NCBI GenBank assembly: GCA_001244265.2
Contig: CDLV01000014.1
Location: forward strand, 806,001-870,000
From: Microbotryum violaceum
Lineage: Eukaryota
DNA length: 64,000 nucleotides
Reading direction: 5' to 3'
In this document: positions 21,801 to 34,965 of the stretch, one piece after another
How the letters are laid out: each line of letters begins with the position of its first letter
Numbering within the stretch: the stretch's first letter is position 1
The notes under the pieces: generated by a model
Seen by the model: the letters and a program-made list of their open reading frames with translations, nothing else
What the model was told of the DNA's origin: nothing
The model's database searches: none
Position numbers and translations under genes: made by a program

Positions 21801-23281
21801 CCCGCGGGACCCGGCTGACGCACGAGAAAATAGTGCTGACTTACGAGAGGAACTGCAGGAAAGCAGAAGTTTCCTTGTGCTCGAGCTTGTTGGGCCCGAA
21901 AATCTCGCGGCGGCGAGTAGCCTCCTCCTCGGTAAGACCCTCTTCCTTGCATCTACGAGGGCGGTTGTTCGGGAACGACCAGAGGATGAGGAGGCACGTC
22001 GGGTGGCGATCGAGGCGTTGAAGTGATGATGAAAATGATTAGACAGTTCCGGAAGGAAAAAGAGAAGAGGTAACAGAAATGAAGGGAACAAGCTGGTCAG
22101 CACAAGGTTTGAAGGGCTGGCATGATCCTGTAGCTGTGCTCGTAAATGGGGAAAACGAGTGACGTTGATTGATTTTCGCCCGGCTGGCGCACGCTACTTC
22201 GCCGGCGGACCCCAAGGGTCGCGGCCAAGGGTCGCACAAAGTGCAGGTTCGGAAGCTACAGATGGTCGAATGACATAAGAGGACGGCAGAGCGCTCGGTG
22301 CGCATGGAATGGTACCAGCTCTAGTGCGCGATGGAGCGAGTGGATGCCAGTCTCGTGACGCCCAGATCCGCCCAAAGTGACCGGGTCGGGTGGCTCAGTC
22401 CGCCGCCGTGGCCTCCGCCTCCTCTCAGAGACCGCCGCAGAGATGCAGAGTCTCGCAGGAGAGATGAGACAGACACGGGAAAACACACGAGCCAACTCTG
22501 ACAAAGAACATTGCTGGCATGCCATCGCAGCATCCCGAGCAGTGACCCACTCGTCCACCATTGGGCGAACCAGCCTCCAACCTGGCCTAGGCCACGGCAG
22601 GCGGAGCCCAGGGGGTTTGAGCCGTTGTGCCAAAGCGAGGCGCGGGGGACCCTAGAAAAAACTTAGGCCGCCCGCGACGACCGAGAAACGCCCGCGCGCT
22701 AGGCAGTGCTGTGCGCCAGCCAACATCGACACCCGCGAGATTGGGCCGCCGGTAGACCTCGAGATCGATCTCCGCCCGCCGCCCGGCAAAACCCCCGTAA
22801 CGGACGCTAGCGAGAGCACACCATCATGCCTCATAAGGTCGATCACGTGCCCCAGGACAGCATGTAATAACAGCTCCAAGAGGAATCGCTCCGGGAAGCA
22901 TGGCCGAAGAGAAATATGCGTCGCAGACAGAACGAGCACGCAACCCGAAGCGGAACACGAAACCGAGACGGGAATGGGAACTGACTGCAAGAGGGTCCAG
23001 ACGTCTTCGAGCTCGACTTGCTCCAGGTCGACCTTGTCCTTGTCGTACAAGTCTTCGGCCTTGAGCTCGATGGTGGACATGTCGACGTTGGCATGCTTGA
23101 CCTGACGTTCCTCTTCAAAAGTCTTGTCGAAGCGGCCCTCCTTCTGAGCCTCGGTCGGCGTAGCCTCCGCCCGACTGCTCATGGCAGCGGCGGGGGCGAC
23201 GGCGGCCGGTGCAGGCGATGTGGTGTCGGTCGTCTTCTTCTCGGCCGAGATGTCGGACGCTTGCTCGTTGTGGTCGGCCAT
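18876..23281 (-). CDS. PMA1: Plasma-membrane P-type H+-ATPase
   Basis: FGPNKL, FMWNPLSWVME, TGES, GIPIAMP, CSDKTGTLT, DPPR, MVTGD and TGDGANDAPAL. Starts MADHNEQ at 23281; last exon ends ...AGSRPA* at 18876. Confidence 0.97.
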
Positions 23282-26176
23282 GTTGCGCGAACACGGAACG
23301 GGGCGAACGGGTGAGAGGGGAGAAGCGGAAAGGGCAGACGGGCGTGCGAGGGAGGGCGAGCGGAGGATAAGGAGGGAACGATTGCACGGGATCGCATCAG
23401 TGCTGCCAGCGGCGCGAAATTGGTCTACTGCGAATTGCGCACGGGGGGCATCAAGTTGAACGAACGCCGGCCGGACGCAGAGCCTTCGCGCCAAAATGGG
23501 CCGAAAGTCGGACAATAAACAGCTTCCCGGCCGCTGGTTCTTGCTCGTTCGAGCGCGTCGCCCTAAACAGGCCAAAGTCCCAAAAGGCAGCTCCCCTAGC
23601 CCTTTTTTCGCACTTCACGGACTTGGAATGGGAATTTGTAGAGACCCCACCGACCAATAGGATGAACGAGTAGCTTTATCCCGACCCTTCCCCCCGACTG
23701 GCAGGTGCAGACCATCCTCGTCGAGATCAGAGATCCCGTTCATTGTAGTGAGTTTTTCATCTCGGTATCTTGGTGTCTACAGTCACCACATTCCCAAAGC
23801 CGTAAGTGGTATTTAGCCAATTAATGCCGCGTCGGACGGGTCTGTCATAACCAAGCCTTCGTAATCGGAGTTCGGCCACACGCGCGCCGGTTTGTCCGCA
23901 GCGCTGAGGTAAAAATGCTGACCATGACGAGTACCGGCACGATACGCACGGTCGGTACTCAGGGCGGTTCGGTTCGGCTTTCACCTACGTTATATGTGTA
24001 CGTCACAAGGCATCTACCAGACCTCTATGGAATTCATGATGGAGCAGCCTCTCAATGCGGAGTCAGCTTGCTCTGCACGCAATCCCTTGCACCTCTGATC
24101 AAGACCGAGCAGAATTAGGAGTTGCCCAAGACGACGACGATTCGCGCGGTCGCGCAAATTAGGGCATAAAGAGCAATCAAGCTCTTGCCTCTTTCTTTTG
24201 GATGCGCGGAAAGGTCAAAGAGCTCAGGAGTCAGACTTGTGCAACTCGAGCAGGAATTTACCATAGCGATCGACCTAAGCCTACGCCACCTCAGTCTATT
24301 TTACCATATAGCTCATTCTATCCATACTTGATTTTACAAGCCCCTTGCGATAACCTGGCATTTTCTTACTCAGGTGTGTATATGTTGGGTCGTCCCGTCC
24401 GCCAGCGACCGGATTGGTACAAATCGTGCAGCACTTGTGCATGCGAAGCAGCTGGTCGGCCAATCAAAGATATGTGCTCGATAATGGTAATACGAGCACC
24501 TCAATAATTTCTTTAGAAAATACAATCAGGGCGACGGAGCTTCTACAGTAGTCTTCTACCGATGAAGTTTTTCTCAAACATTCGTCGACGTTAATCAGCG
24601 CAGGCCCAGTGGCACCTCCGCAATATGTTTTATACTGCAAGTTGCCTACTGGACCTGGACGAAATATCGGTGTCAGTGATGCCCCAAATCTGCTTTAGCA
24701 AGAAGAGATGGTCCGAGAGCAACATCCTGTACCGCTGTAGCTAGGCGATCCCCGAGGGGCCGCGAGAAAAGAATGACCACGGAGGCGGTATCTGCCGCGC
24801 AACAGCCTCGCCGACCGTCCAGGGCAGTGTCTTTTGCCACCTTCTCCTGGTCTTTCACTGAGTGTTTCCTGTAGCCGCCGCATCTTTTCCTGCCTACTCA
24901 CCTAATCCAGCTTGGGAAAGAAAAAAAGCACCAGATTCTATAATTACCGGTAAGGGTGCGCGAGCCGAGGAAAGAATGACGATGATGAATGGACGGACAG
25001 CGATGCCGACTCTAAACTCGCCCAACGCCCGCACCGCACCCGCGGAGTTTGCGGAAGCGAACCGCGCGCCGAAGTTCTCGGCAGCGCCAATTCGGTCCTG
25101 CCGCAGCCTTATCAATCTATTTCTGACCTCTGCGAAGCTCCAATGCCGAAGCACCGAACCCCTCGAATGAGCACCATGGTTTTCTTTTCTGTGTTCAAAG
25201 TTCAACGCCCGCCGACGGGGCCGGCACTTGCTGACTGATGAACCCCCAATCCCCCTCCCCGTCCTAACCCCCTCGGCGCCTCGGGGCGTTTCCAGGGTGT
25301 TGGCGTTGAAGGCGACAGCAAGGTGTACAGGCCAATCGGAACCCGAGAGTTTGTCCACCCGCCTTATCGTCCGGCATCACGATCAGGCTTCATAAATGAT
25401 CTGTTCAGTCCCAAGCCACTCGAGTGTGTAGAAAGGCCGCTAGCGTAGCGAACTGGTACCGAGGTATATGAGTATCAATGTAGTTGATCGTCTCCGTTGA
25501 ATTGTGCTGCCAATGACCAGCTACATCGACACTTAATCGATTCGAGGCGACGAGTCGCCGATCACTTGATTGCGAAGCTGCGGAGGCCGAGATGTCAATT
25601 CTCAAATCCTGGACAGTGGGCACACCAATAATCCTGGCCAATAAAGGCGGAGAAAACAGGGCACAGCTATACAAGCTACGATGTTTGATCCTGTAACATG
25701 TCCTATGCGCCTACCCGGCCGCATCGATGGTGGTAGTTGGTACTCATGCTCCGCGCGTTCGACCGGCCCCTGCAGCGCGGAAAAATTGGGGCTATAAACT
25801 GTCTCATCTTCAAGACCTTGCATGCGCTATCACGCTGATAACACTCCTTAACAGCACTTCATAACAATGTGTCCGAGAATCCGAGTTCAAGACAGGAGCG
25901 GTAAAGATCGAACTCTCGAGCGGGAATCCAGATTCCGAGTTGTCCACTTAGCGGTCCGCACCGGCCTGCCTGCGAAGAAGAATGCTGTTATTTTCAGGTG
26001 TGGCATAAAATCATAGTCTGTGGATGAGGTGGCCAGGACAACGGACAGAGCTGAAACAACGAGGATACGTATGCAGATGAGTAAGCGAGAAGTCCAAGCG
26101 AGCCAACTTGGCGTGCCGCGACGAATGGAGAACCGGGACCCCTCCGCGCCGCCTCAACACCAAAGTGCAAGCCAAC

Positions 26177-29100
26177 CTAACCGACAAACTGTCTCAACTG
26201 GCTATGAGCAAGCCTCTCCACCGCTCGGATCTCGTCGAGCCCCCGTCGGTCGTGCGATGCGGCTATGGTATCCGCTCTCGCATGCAGGCAGACAATGACG
26301 GTCTCGATTACTTTGGGGACAAACTCGCGCACCTCCTCGGCCTGGCGGAAAGATCATTGCAGGAGCTCCGGTCAGCTTCGTGCTGCAACACCTCTCGAGA
26401 CATCAGGGAACATGCGACGCACCTTCCTGTCCATCGCGGAGAGGCACTTCTGCACCCAGAGCAGATACTGTCGAGCCTCGGCGTTGAAAGGCCCGGGTTG
26501 CCCGGAAAGGCGCCCTGCGAGCTGATATGCGAGCGATAGAATCACAGGAGGCGAGATCCGCGGCGGCAACGATGTGGGAGGGAAGACGCGGTCGGCTGTG
26601 GCGGGAGATGAAGATCCGATGATACTCAATAGTTCAGCAAATTCGGGGGCGTGCTGCGGTTGCAATGCGTCGGTGAACTATGGGGAGGTGGAGCGAAACG
26701 GTGTGAGCACAGGGCAGTTCAGGGATAAGTAGCCCGTCATAACTGACCAATTCTTCATAGTCTTCATCGGCATAGTCCCCGTCAGACGATTGTGAGTGAG
26801 TGAATGTCGAAAGCGCACTGGAAGAAGAAGGCTGCCGCTGGATCGGTGCATGCACCACCTGCTGAGTCGGCGGGTGGGGCTGGGCTTGGGAGACCGAGGC
26901 TTGTCGTCGCGATGTCGATGCGCCTGGCTGACAATTTGGTGCTGCAGCGACCGGTGATGCGGATGATCTGTTGCAAAGAGAGAGCACGAGCTGCTCCATC
27001 CGCACCAACGAGGTCTTGAGCTCCGAGATTTCCCCCTTGAGGTCGCCGACCAAGGTTTCCAGCTCGACGATCGCACTAGCCTGCTCCTGCACGATCTCTT
27101 TGCGCACGTCGGTCATCTCGGCGAGGACGGTGTCGCGAACCGACTGCATCACACCCTCGACCGCCGAAGCGAGCGATGAATTGAAGCCAGGGATGACACC
27201 AGTGGCAACGACCGACAGCAGCTGGCGTTCGACGGCTTCAGAGATGGAAGGAACAATCGCAGCCGATACACTCTGTGCGATGTGGTTGCTCATCTCAAGA
27301 CGAGACAAAAGCTTGCGCAGCTCTCTTGGTAGCGTCTGGCCACCGGAAACAGACTAGCGTTAGCGATTAAATCGGATGATTATCAGAAACTCGGCAACAC
27401 TACTGACCTCGCTCATAGCCTCCTCAATCCCTCGAGCGACCTGTTCGTTGATCGAAGCGGTGACCAACTTGCTCATCGACGGGATGACCTGCGCTCGCAT
27501 CTGCTCCCTCACCGTCGTATCCAACTTCTTCGACAACGCGCTCGACACCAGTTTCAACAAAGTTTCTTGTCTTGCTACATCCGCGGCTCGGTCATTAACC
27601 CGTTCCTCGGCGGCGTGGTGGGCTTGCATCTGCATCTCCTTCTGAATCGCCTTGGTGATGCGGTCCTCGACTCTGCGCAGCTCACGGGAAACGTCGGGTG
27701 TGACTGACGCCTGTTTCGCTCCTTTCTGACCACGCGCAGGTGTGCTGGGATTGCTGACCGGATCCTCGACTTGGTTGTGAGTCGCCTTCCATCCGGGGAT
27801 GTCGCCCTCGAGACCATTGGGACCATCGCGAGAGCTCACTTGAGGTACCTCGGCCGCGACGCTGCCGGGTTCCTCCTGAATCGGGTCCTCGAGTTTCAAC
27901 TTGGCCGCCAGGCGAGAATAAGGAGAGGATGTCGAGACTTCATCGACATCAACCACAACCTCGACTTCCGACTCGACGCGAATCGATCCCTCCAGGCTCA
28001 TACGTCGACCGGGTCCGCCGTACGGTTCATCGTCGTCGTCGCTGTCGTGCCCTCTACCCTTTCCCACCGCGAGGCCGGGGAAGTCGAACGTGACGGCATG
28101 CAAGCCACCAGGATGAGCGATGAGCGTCGACAACGATGGTGTGTCGCTGGAACGTGCGCCCGAAAAGGCCTCGTCGACGGAGATCTCGATGAGAGGTTCG
28201 GCAGTGGCGATCTCGGCGACATGCTCCACTCGCGGCTCCATGAGCTCGCTTTGATGGGCAAACAGATCGCAGTCGGGAGCTGAACGTGAACTCTCGGACT
28301 CGTCAACACCGATTCGGAAAGCGAAAAGCGATCCTCTGGCGGAAGAGGATACGAAAAGGGTGGTGCTGGGCTGGTGGTAGAAGAGATGGGCAAAATTGGT
28401 ACAGGACTGGGCTTCCTCCACTTTCGCAGAGAGGGTGAACTCGATTGAATTCGGGTCAGGGGGCGCGTGGCCGCCTCGAGAGAGTGACAGCAGCTGGAGA
28501 TGACTACCCTCACGAGCCGCCAGGACGAGCCCAGCCGGTCGTCCGTTCGAGGTGGTGAGGAAAGCGATCTCGGTTGCTTCCGCGCCATCGGCTGGGGTCA
28601 ACGATCGAGACCACAGAATCTTCTCCGGGGCGCTGGTCTTGCGAATCGTCACCTCAGATCCGACGGTGAGAGCAGCGAATGCGGTGCCATCGGGAGAGAA
28701 GCATACACTGGCCAGCCCTTCCCCACAGTTCGCAGTTCGCACCGCAGACTCGATCGACACATCGGGCATTCGAGCCCGCTCTAGGTGCATGATAAGGACG
28801 CTCGACGAGCCAAGTACGAGGGCGAGTCGTGGCACGGTGGGGAATTGAGGGTGGAATCGGGCCGAGCGGAACCTGGCCCCCTCCACGAGAGCGGAGCCCT
28901 CCAGCTCGAGGACCTTGTGCGTCGGTGCATTATCTTGTGAGAATGAATCGGGCACGCTGTACACAATCAGACGGCCATCGACGCCGATGCTGGTGATCAT
29001 TCGCGAAGCATCGGCCTCGGGTGCAGGCGCGATCGACAAGTCCGCGATCGCAGATTTGTGGCCCTTGAGCAAGATCTTGGCGCCCGAACGACGATCGACA

Positions 29101-30836
29101 ACACGGATGCGGCCTTTGCTCGTACTCCATACAAAAACGTGGGAGGTGATGGCAGAGCGACGCCCCGGCGACCATTCGTACGGGACCTCGAAAAGCACGA
29201 CCGGAGTCGTTTCTACTAGCGCTGCGGAGTCGAGCGAATCCAAGTTGGGTGCCGAAATATCGATGGTGAGATGCTGAGCCATGGGCGGTGCAATCGAGCC
29301 TCGTCTCGGAGGCAGTTGAAGCCCGCGTGGGGCCCACTTTGGTGCATGGCTCGGCGAGTCGGAAAGGTACTTCTTAACGAGCAGATCAAGCGGAGCAGCT
29401 TTTGTCGCAGTCAAGGCTTGACCCTCTTCAGCATCGTTCCCCGCCTTATCCGAGACATTTATGTGTTCTTGGCTGGCTGGATGGGTCGAATTTGACGGTA
29501 CCGACGGCGGAGCCGCAGAGGCCGGGCGGGGCGTGGGCAGGTCCTCCGCTTCCGACGTTACAATGCTGACCTTCGTCTTGGGATCGACAGCCTCATTCTT
29601 CTCGTGCTGTAGTTCAAAAGCATGTGCTTGAGCGAGTATGTCGAAAGGCGAAACGAAAGCTCCAAATTTCGGTACAGAACCAGGGGTTGCTGTGAGATCG
29701 AGCGCCGGGATTCCGATCAGCTTATGAGTCGCCGTGCATCGCGCCGCGTCAGAGACATCGGTCACACTGACCTGCCCTTTCTTGCTTCTTCTCTTCCTTC
29801 ACAATGTTCTGACTCGATGATTTGCGCGTTTGAGGAGTGCTTCCGTTGCTGATGATCTGTTCCGGTCCCTTTGTCTGCAGTGCGGCTCGCTCCACTTCCT
29901 CCAATGTGAGCGCTGCAGTTGGTCTCGAGGTCGAGATGGGGTCCTTCTCCTCTGGCGTGACATCTAACGACCATGGTTTGTTGTTTCCCCACACCTTGGC
30001 AAAGATCGAATTTGGATCTATGATTGCGGACTGGAGCTCCGCTGTCGTCGTCGTTGCCGCCAGGGAGGTCATCATTTTCGACGAAGGCGGAGGCGAGGGG
30101 AACGAAGTGGGCTGTGCAGTCATAGCTCCGGGCCGTTGGGTAGGCGAGGCAGGAACGACCGAAGAAGGAGATGGGATCGCAGTATTTGTTGTTGAGGACG
30201 GCGAGCTCATGCGCTGCAACAAAGAGAGGAGCGAAACGGATCCGTTGTTCGCCCGATGCGGCGGGGTTGACGGCGCTGCTGCTGTAGAGCACACCGTCGT
30301 GCCCGACAAAGGGACGCTCGGCGACGAGGACGGCGATGTTGCTACTGCTACGTCCGTGCCAGTGTGGCCTTGGAAGGACGTGCTACCCAGGATCCTATCT
30401 TCACTCGCTGACCTCCTAACCCCATCGTCCTGGCGCGTAGACTGGACCTGGGAGTGCGGCTGGGGCACGGGGACCCCAGTGGCAGCCGCGGGCGAGGTTG
30501 CGTGTGAGACCTGTGAGGCAGGTGAGGGGTGGGGCGTGCCGAAGGCGCTGCGAAAGAGCCGCTCAAGCTCAGCCGCCGGGTTGGCCGCAGGAGTACTCGT
30601 ACTACTTTCTGGTCGAGCGGTCGTGTTTGTGGTTGCAGATGGTAGCCTCGAAGTCGACGGGGCGGGCTGCGACGTCGACGGTGATCCCCCAGCGCGGAGC
30701 AGCGAGAGCAACTGCGACGCATCGGCCCTGCGCGATGTGGATCAAGGTGGGGTCAGTGGGTCAGTCCTCGTACGGGTGGAGCGGCGATCGAGACGTCGTC
30801 CACACTCCGAAGGCCCCCATCTACGATGACTTACAT
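26177..30836 (-). CDS. EDC4: EDC4/Ge-1/Pdc1-like mRNA decapping scaffold (WD40 propeller, coiled coil, C-terminal helical domain)
   Basis: WD region GRIRVVDRRSGAKILLKGHKSAIADL, coiled coil with RQETLLKLVS, and C-terminal VILSLAYQL...LLWVQKCL. The start codon is split by intron 30728-30834. Confidence 0.75.
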
Positions 30837-31344
30837 GTTGAAGAGCTCGGACAGGCAGGCGGAAGAGTAGTCCGTCCGCGCTGTGGTAGGTCAGTGAGGG
30901 AGAATGGGTCAGAGGTGCGACTCGCGAGCCCGGCACGGCGTGGCGGCGGCTCAGAGAGGCTCAGAGGACTGCTCCGCGTCGGCGGGGGACCTGCGTCAGA
31001 CTGATGACGGGCAGTTTGTATGTCTCAGATGACCAAAGACAGCCTTACACTTCCTTCGCAGCTCTCCTAGCCCGCTCTCACGTCTGCTATGACTTCAGGG
31101 CAACTACTTCCTACGCGCTAGAAAATGTGCTAGTAGGTGCTCAAAAATGGTCATGTAGTGCGTGCGAATGCTGATGCGTAAAAATCACAAAATACAAGGA
31201 AAGGGAACGAGCGTAGAACTATCCGTACAAACATCGTGACGCTTGACTCTAATAGCGATAGAGGCATCTTGGGCATCACGACTCGATCACAGTGGCACTC
31301 GATGCTTCCTTGTCATCGGTGACGAAATCCACCGAAGCCGCCGG

Positions 31345-33410
31345 CTAGCCTGATTTCTCCTGAGCCAAGACCGAGTGCGACGCGGCGACCATCGTCTTGT
31401 ACAAGACCCCAGCAACGATGACAAGGTTTGCTATGGTTAAGGCAAGACTCGAATTGGTCGTCGACGGAAAGGTCTCCCAGCCCACTTCGATGGCGAGCCA
31501 CAGGCAGACTCTGGGGCGCGGGAAGAAAGCAGGCCCTTCGTGAGCTGATGAGCAAAGGCTACTGAGAGGACGCTATGGGGGCATGTGAGGGGACGCACCT
31601 TTGTACCAAGTTGAACTCAGTCTGCCATAGTAGAAAGACAATTTGATGCGCATACCAAGCGTAGAATTGGTAGTGCAATGAGCGCGCAAACACAATCCCG
31701 ACGAGATTCGAGAGGAAGAGGATCTTGCAAACGCCTGAGAATCAAGGAGCACGGAGCTAGTTTGTCAGTGCCACTCCTCGAGGATGTCATGAAAGTGCTC
31801 CTTTAGTGGAGGAGGTTGTAGTCAGGTATTTACGTTGGGGCGTCGGCGCGAACGAGAGAGGCGCTTCGTTCGGTCGTTTGAGCCCTTGCCTCAGCAGCCT
31901 TACGGGTCCACTTTCCTTCCAGCTCCAAGTCAGACCGCACACGATCAGAATAGCAGCATGCGATATAAGTAAGAGTTTGCTGAAACCACGGCCTTCGAAG
32001 AGAGGCCGCCCAACCCAGCGCCAGTTGACAGTCCACTCCCACAGGAATTCGCGACCAAAGTTGAACGAGGTCGCGAAATAATCGATCGCCTTTGCTCGCG
32101 TGCCCAAGAACGGTACCGCAAGCAACATCTGGGTCGATCCGATGGCGAGGAGCTGCAGAAGCGTCTTATAAACACCGAGGGACGTGTAGAATAGATACAA
32201 GAGACCCGGAAGGTAGAGCAGGAAGTTCATTTTGATCGAGAGCGCGAGGCTGACAGCACCCAGGGGAAAGCACACATCAGCCGCGGATTGATGGACATCG
32301 GATGCAAGGTGGGGAAGCCAACTCACGAGAAAAGCAAAGTACCCGTGGTCCAAATCTTGGGGCCACCATTCGGCCTCGTCCACGCCAGGACGGCTGCGTA
32401 GAACGGTAGCATCGCCGGCGCCTCATTGAAGAGCCGGAGGGCGTAGATCGAGTGCAGTCGCTTTGAAAGACACATCAGCACCAAAGCATACGGCGGGACC
32501 TGTGTATATGAGATGGCTCATAAGAAAACTCCAGTGAGTAGGGTGTATCCATGTGGTTGAGTGTGCCTCTTCATGACCAGGTAGACGTACGCTGCCGCAT
32601 CGTCGGATAATCTCAAATACGAAACCGAGCGTGACGAGGTACAGCTGCGCAAACAGGCACTGGGCGGTTCTGATGTCGAGTCCCCCCCGTGTAATGTAAT
32701 GAATCCCCGAATAGACATACAGAAAGCCCGCGGGGTATCTGAGACGAGCAGCGTGCAAGTACCGGTCAATCCCACTGCAAACTCTGATTCGACCCGATCA
32801 AATGAGGCGCGCGGGGGACTGACACCAGTGGGCCGGTATCCCCTTTGATGAGGGAGTATTGTCGCTCGCCGCCGATGAACAAGCTCGACTGTTGCATGTA
32901 GGTTGAGAAATCGATCTCGGTATCTGTGTGTAAACATGGAGCGAGTGGAACATCGCAGGCGATGATCGGTGAGCGATGGCTTATGCCCAACGTGGAACTG
33001 AACCATTCAGGGGCAGGGGTACTTTGCCCGCCCGCCGCCAAAAACGGGCGTACGCAGTGGACACGTGGATACCGAACGACGCCCAACTTGAAACCTCGGC
33101 AACAACCTGCCCATCCCCGTCGCGCACAGCTGAGCACATCGTACGTACATGGAATAAATCGAATGATGAGGGTCAACAACGCGACATCGAACACGAACAG
33201 CAGGCCGGCGACAAAACCAAAGTACCGCTGAGTGGTCAACACCTGCTGCAGTCTCCGCAGCGCCGACCGGTGCGCGATGACGGCCGCGCCGTCAGGCAGC
33301 TTGTCGGCCAAAGCTTGAGCGCCGCTGACGAACATCGGGGCCGAGCTCCGAGCTGGCACAGTCCGCGACCTTGGGTGCCACGGGTGGTTGATATCGCTGC
33401 GGCCACCCAT
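31345..33410 (-). CDS. ALG3: Dol-P-Man:Man5GlcNAc2-PP-Dol alpha-1,3-mannosyltransferase
   Basis: [59 protein letters not shown] and [13 protein letters not shown]. Confidence 0.95.
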
Positions 33411-34267
33411 ATCCGATTGGAGACGTCGAGATGAAGGAACATCTGTCAGAGGTGTGACGTGGGCTCGAACAGCGCGTTCGGTCGAAGAGGAGTAGGGCGT
33501 AACGTGCTCGAACTACCTCGGTCATGAACAGGAGCAAACGCGCAGTCAAGTTCGCAAGTTTGGACGGGGGCTATTTTCGGCTGCGCTGCGAATAGCGCGA
33601 TTGGCTTTACGAACAGCGCGCGCTCTGAGCGCTGCAGCGCTCGAAGATAAGCGCGACGCGTCGATGTCGTATTGAGGTTGCTACCAAAGATAGTACCGCG
33701 TATAGCGACGCCCGCATCCGCGAAAATTCCTATTTGGCGATTGGAGAGAGGGATGCTTAATCCCAGTCAGAGTGGTTAACACAATCCTGAAGATCGAAGA
33801 TGTGAAGTGTTATCAGGCTTGATACAAAAAGGAAGGAAACTCCCCACTCAACCGGCTCTTTGACAGAGTCGACTTACGAGTGCTTCGCTCAACCTTCGCG
33901 CATCGACTCGGCTTTACCTAACCGAACGATCATCTCATCACTCGTGCTAGCCATCACCGACCAGGGTGCTGGCATTCTCCATCATAGTCCACCACATCCC
34001 ACCGCTGAGACCCCGCACGTCGACGCGTCTCCGAGGCATTCTCGAGCCTTTGCTCCCTGCCCCTGCTCAGTCGTATCGGCTCTTCACAAGGCCACCCGAT
34101 TGTCAGGACATATCGAGCATCTACGACTCCTCTTTGACCGGACATAGGACATCGGTAGTACCAAAGCCAAGTACACTTGCGCTTTGTCGCGTCGCAGCGC
34201 GTGCCCGTCCCCGGACCCATTTGCGACCCCGCCTCGCTACACTTTGGAGACGCATCCAGCCTTCACG

Positions 34268-34965
34268 ATGTGTGCGTAGACTCCTTTCATAATATTGGAC
34301 TATGAAAAGGGGCTTATGTGTTGCGGTGTGAACTCTCCAGGCAAGCACATCCTCAATGTCCAAGCCGCGATTCGAGCCCCGTGTTGTCGCCAATGGTTCG
34401 ATGTCAGTCGAGACACGACTCGGACGGTCTTGTGTGCTGTATAGTGATATGTTGTGCTGACTGAGTCCATGTCGTAACCTGTCTTACCACTGCAGTGCGC
34501 CGAATGCCATGCCGAAAAAGAGGACCACGACTTGACCAAGACGACCGAGATGGCTTTCTTGTGCAAGAAGTGCAAGAAAGCGTTCCGAAAGGACATGACC
34601 AAGTTTGAAGAATCAGATGAATACTGCCCACATTGCGACAACCATTTCGTGGGTTCCTCCGTCTTAGTCGTGATACCGATGACCGGTGGCGCGGATATCA
34701 CCAGAGCCTCACACTTTTATTCGAATCGGGTCTCTTTCTCAGGTCATCGACGCCAAGACACCGCAGCGTGTCATCGAGTTCGAAACAGAGGATCTACGAG
34801 TTGATGCGAGGTCAGTCTCGAGAACTTCGTCAATCTTAATACATCGGTTGGACTGCGGCTGACCATACCTCATACCTGCGCCGATCTCACAGAGGTCTTA
34901 GAGATGAACGACAGCGCAACTTGCATACAAGCGACATTGATGCATTCGTTGATCAGCTCGGGTGA
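34268..34965 (+). CDS. Small CHY-type zinc finger protein
   Basis: Spliced MCKHILNVQAAIRAPCCRQWFD/CAECHAEKEDHDL...CKKCKKAFRKD...YCPHCDNHF/VIDAKTP. Confidence 0.88.

Noticed and set aside
29837-30829. 330-aa plus-strand ORF
   Set aside because: Antisense shadow of the Ser/Pro-rich EDC4-like exon.
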